From Squalus acanthias (lineage: Eukaryota), in contig CM059425.1 of assembly GCA_030390025.1 (NCBI GenBank), positions 161,884,001 to 161,948,000 on the forward strand: a stretch of 64,000 bases of DNA, in the 5' to 3' direction. Positions 61,030 to 64,000 of this stretch are shown piece by piece. Made by a program: the position numbers and the translations under genes. The stretch's first letter is position 1. Every line of letters begins with the position of its first letter. A model generated the notes under the pieces. The model saw only the letters and a program-made list of their open reading frames with translations, was not told the DNA's origin and made no database searches.

Positions 61030-61199
61030 ATATTTCATGGTCCTGCATTTAAAAGAAAGCTGTAATCTGAGCAGCAATATTTTATGCAATCATTTGAAAG
61101 AGTGGCAAACACTCCACAAAGTATGTCAGTGAGTCGAGAAGAGTCCTATATTCATACCTGTACAGTTGACTGCTTAACTGAACTATACTCTCGGGCCAT

Positions 61200-61350
61200 T
61201 TTATATTTGTTAATGGGATGTGGGCAATTTTGGCAAGCTTGCATTTATTGCACATTGTACTTGCGCTGAGAAGGTGGTAGTGGGCCTTCAGTAGTCCTTG
61301 TGGTGTTGATGCGCTCATGGTGATATTAGGTATCTGCAGCTGAGTACCCA
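61200..61350 (-). mobile_element. Degenerate Zenon-like LINE 3' end
   Basis: GGGATGTGGGC...GGCAAG...GCATTTATTGC...TGAGAAGGTGGT. Confidence 0.55.
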
Positions 61351-61657
61351 GTGACAAAGGGAGCGGGAGTATCTCTTGTGAATGCTCATAATGCCTTGGA
61401 CTCCAACAGCCTCTCTTCTCTCCTTCAAATTCCTGGGGGATTAAATGGAGCAAGCCAATACAAAGTACTTTAAAGCCCTCATATGCTCAGAGGTCTGCTC
61501 CCACACAGATCATTCGATATACTGTGGGGGTGCATGCAGCATGAGTATGGCTAGAGTAGTTGACATTCAAGTTTGGGTTCCACTAGAACAACTCAGCTCC
61601 AGACCTCATAACACCCTTGACCCAGACATGGATGAAAGAATTAAATCGAAGGAGAGT

Positions 61658-61882
61658 TTTTTTTAAATTTGTTCCTGGGATGTGGGCATCGCTGGCAAGG
61701 CCAGCATTTATTGCCCATCCCTAATTGCCCTTGAGAAGGTGGTGGTGAACTATCTTCTTGAACCGCTGCAGTCCGTGCGGTGAAGGTACTCCCATAGTGC
61801 TGTTAGGGAGGGAATTCCAGGATTTTGATCCAGCGATGATGAAGGAACGGCGATATATTTCCAAGTCAAGATGGTGTGTGAC
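61658..61882 (-). mobile_element. Zenon-like LINE 3' fragment
   Basis: Near-identical to 10405-10630. Confidence 0.9.
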
Positions 61883-61901
61883 GTGCTGAAATCAAGGCAA
61901 T

Positions 61902-64000
61902 ATTGCTGTACCTGCATGCCAGCTTTCTGTTTCTTGTACGAGGACACCCAAATCTCTCTGAATACCAACATTTAAAAGTTTCTCACCATTTAAAAAATAT
62001 TGTTTTTCTATTTTTCCTACCAAAGTGAATAACCTCATATTTCCCTACATTATACTCCATCTGCCACCTTACTGCCCACTCACTTAGTCCATCTATATCC
62101 CTTTGCAGACTCTTTGTGTTCTCCTGACAGCTTACTGTCTCATCAAGCTTTGTATTGTCAGCAAACTTGGATACATTACACTCGGTCCCTTCATCTAGGT
62201 CATTAATATAGATTGTAAATAGATGAGGTCCCAGCGCTGATCCTTGCGGCACCCCACTAGTTACAGCCTGCCAACCTGAAAAAGACCCGTTTATCCCTAC
62301 TTCTGTCCATTAACCAATCCTCTATCCATGCTACTATATTACCCCCAACCCCATGAGCCCTTATCTTGTGTAATAACCTTTTATATGGCACCTTATTGAA
62401 TGCCTTTTGGAAATCCAAATATACTACATCCACTGGTTCCCCTTTATCTACCCTACTAGTTACATCCTCAAAAAACTCTAATAAATTTGTCAAACACGAT
62501 TTACCTTTCATAGAACCATGTTGACTCTGCCTAATCATGTTCTGATTTTCTAAGTGCCCTGATACCACTTACTTAACAATGGATTCCAGCATTTTCCCTA
62601 CAACTGATGTCAGGCTAACTGGCCTGTAGTTCCCTGTTTTCTCTCTCCCTCCTTTCTTGAATAGCGGTGTTACATTTGCGACCTTCCAATACTCTGGGAT
62701 CATTCTAGAATCTAGGGAATTTTGGAAGATCAAAACCAATGCATCCACTATTTCTGCAGCTACCTCTTTTAGAACCCTAGGATGTAAGCCATCAGGTCCA
62801 GGGGATTTGTCGGCTTTTAGTCCCATTAGTTTCTCTAGTACTTTTTCTCTACTTATATTAATTACGTTAAGTTCCTCACCCCCATTAGATCCTTGGTTCC
62901 CCACCATTTTTGGTATGCTTTTTGTGTCTTCTACTGTGAAGACTATTTGTTTAACGTTTCTGCCATTTCCTTTTCCCAATAATAATTTCTCCTGTCTCAG
63001 CCTCTAACGGACCAACATTTACTTTTGCTACTCTCTTCGTTTTACATACTTGTAGAAGCTCTTACAATCTGTTTTTATATTTCTTGCTAGTTTTCTCTCA
63101 TTCTATTTTTTCCCTCATCAATTTTCTAGTCATCCTTTGCTGGTTTCTGAAACTCTCCCATTCCTCAGGCTTACTACTATTCTTCGCAACATTATAAGCT
63201 TCTTCTTTCAATTTAATGCTATCCTTAACTTCTTTAGTTAGCGACGGATGGATCACTTTTCCCGTGGAGTTTTTGTTTCTAAATGGAATGTTTTTTTGTT
63301 GAGAATTATGAAATATTTCTTTAAATGCTAGCAACTGCTTATCTACCGTCATACATTTTAATCTATTTTTCCAATCTACCTCAGCCAACTCGTCCCTCAT
63401 ACCTATGTAATTGGCTTTATTTAAGTTTACATAGGATTATATAGGATATAGGGCACAGAAACAGACCATTCGGCCCAACCAGTCCATGCTGGCATTTATG
63501 CTCCACACGAGCCACCTCCAGTCTTTTCTCATCTAAATCTATCAGCATAACCCTCTAGTCCCTTTTCCCTCGCAACCATACTATTCGTTTCAACCACTCC
63601 CTGTGGTAGTGAGTTCCACATTTAACACTCTAGTTTCGGACTTAGGCAAGTCACTCTCAAACTTAATGTGAAATTCTATCATATTATGATTACTCTGCCC
63701 CAGAGGATCCTTTACTATGAGATTGCTAATTAACCCTGTCTCATTACACAATACAGAATCTAAAATAGCCTGTTCACTGGTTGGTTCCATGACGTATTGT
63801 CCCAGGAAACATTCCCGAATGCATTCCATGAACTCGTCCTCCAGACCACCGTTGCCAATTTGATTTGTCCAGTCTATATGAAGATTAAAGTCCCCCACGA
63901 TTATTGCATTGCCTTTGTTACAAGCTCCTATTATTTCTTGATTAATATTCTGTCCAACGATATAGCTATTGTTAGGGGGCCTATATACTACTCCCACCAG
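61902..64000 (-). mobile_element. CR1 LINE ORF2 (APE-RT), lacking its 3' end and running off the window
   Basis: [47 protein letters not shown]. Confidence 0.93.
63430..63620 (-). mobile_element. Short CR1 3' fragment of a different subfamily nested in the CR1
   Basis: CATAGGATTATATAGGAT tail and CCATTCGGCCCA; the host CR1 is colinear on both sides. Confidence 0.7.

Overview
Repeat-dense vertebrate genomic DNA, most likely from a shark (inferred from an HE1-type V-SINE and shark-style CR1 tails). It looks intronic or intergenic: I found no recognisable host exon, rRNA or tRNA gene, and every ORF I could identify is transposon-derived. Contents: (1) a young Neptune-type Penelope-like element with an uninterrupted RT plus GIY-YIG ORF, inverted pseudo-LTRs, hammerhead ribozyme motifs and a 13-bp TSD; (2) a 229-bp non-coding palindromic element with the same architecture; (3) several copies of a CR1-group (Zenon-like) LINE, one apparently full-length and starting with a tRNA-derived SINE head and body instead of ORF1, plus two SINEs sharing its 5' and 3' ends; (4) a ~4-kb two-gene Harbinger transposon split by nested LINEs, one flanked by a 57-bp target duplication; (5) Harbinger-like MITEs with 3-bp TSDs, including a three-copy family with covarying hairpins, an NRF1 motif and three conserved splice donors; (6) canonical CR1s, L2 and Vingi-like fragments, a Tigger-like MITE, an LF-SINE-like relic and candidate CTCF sites. 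Coordinates were read by eye, so boundaries without a TSD are approximate. Family names come from motif recognition, not database searches.
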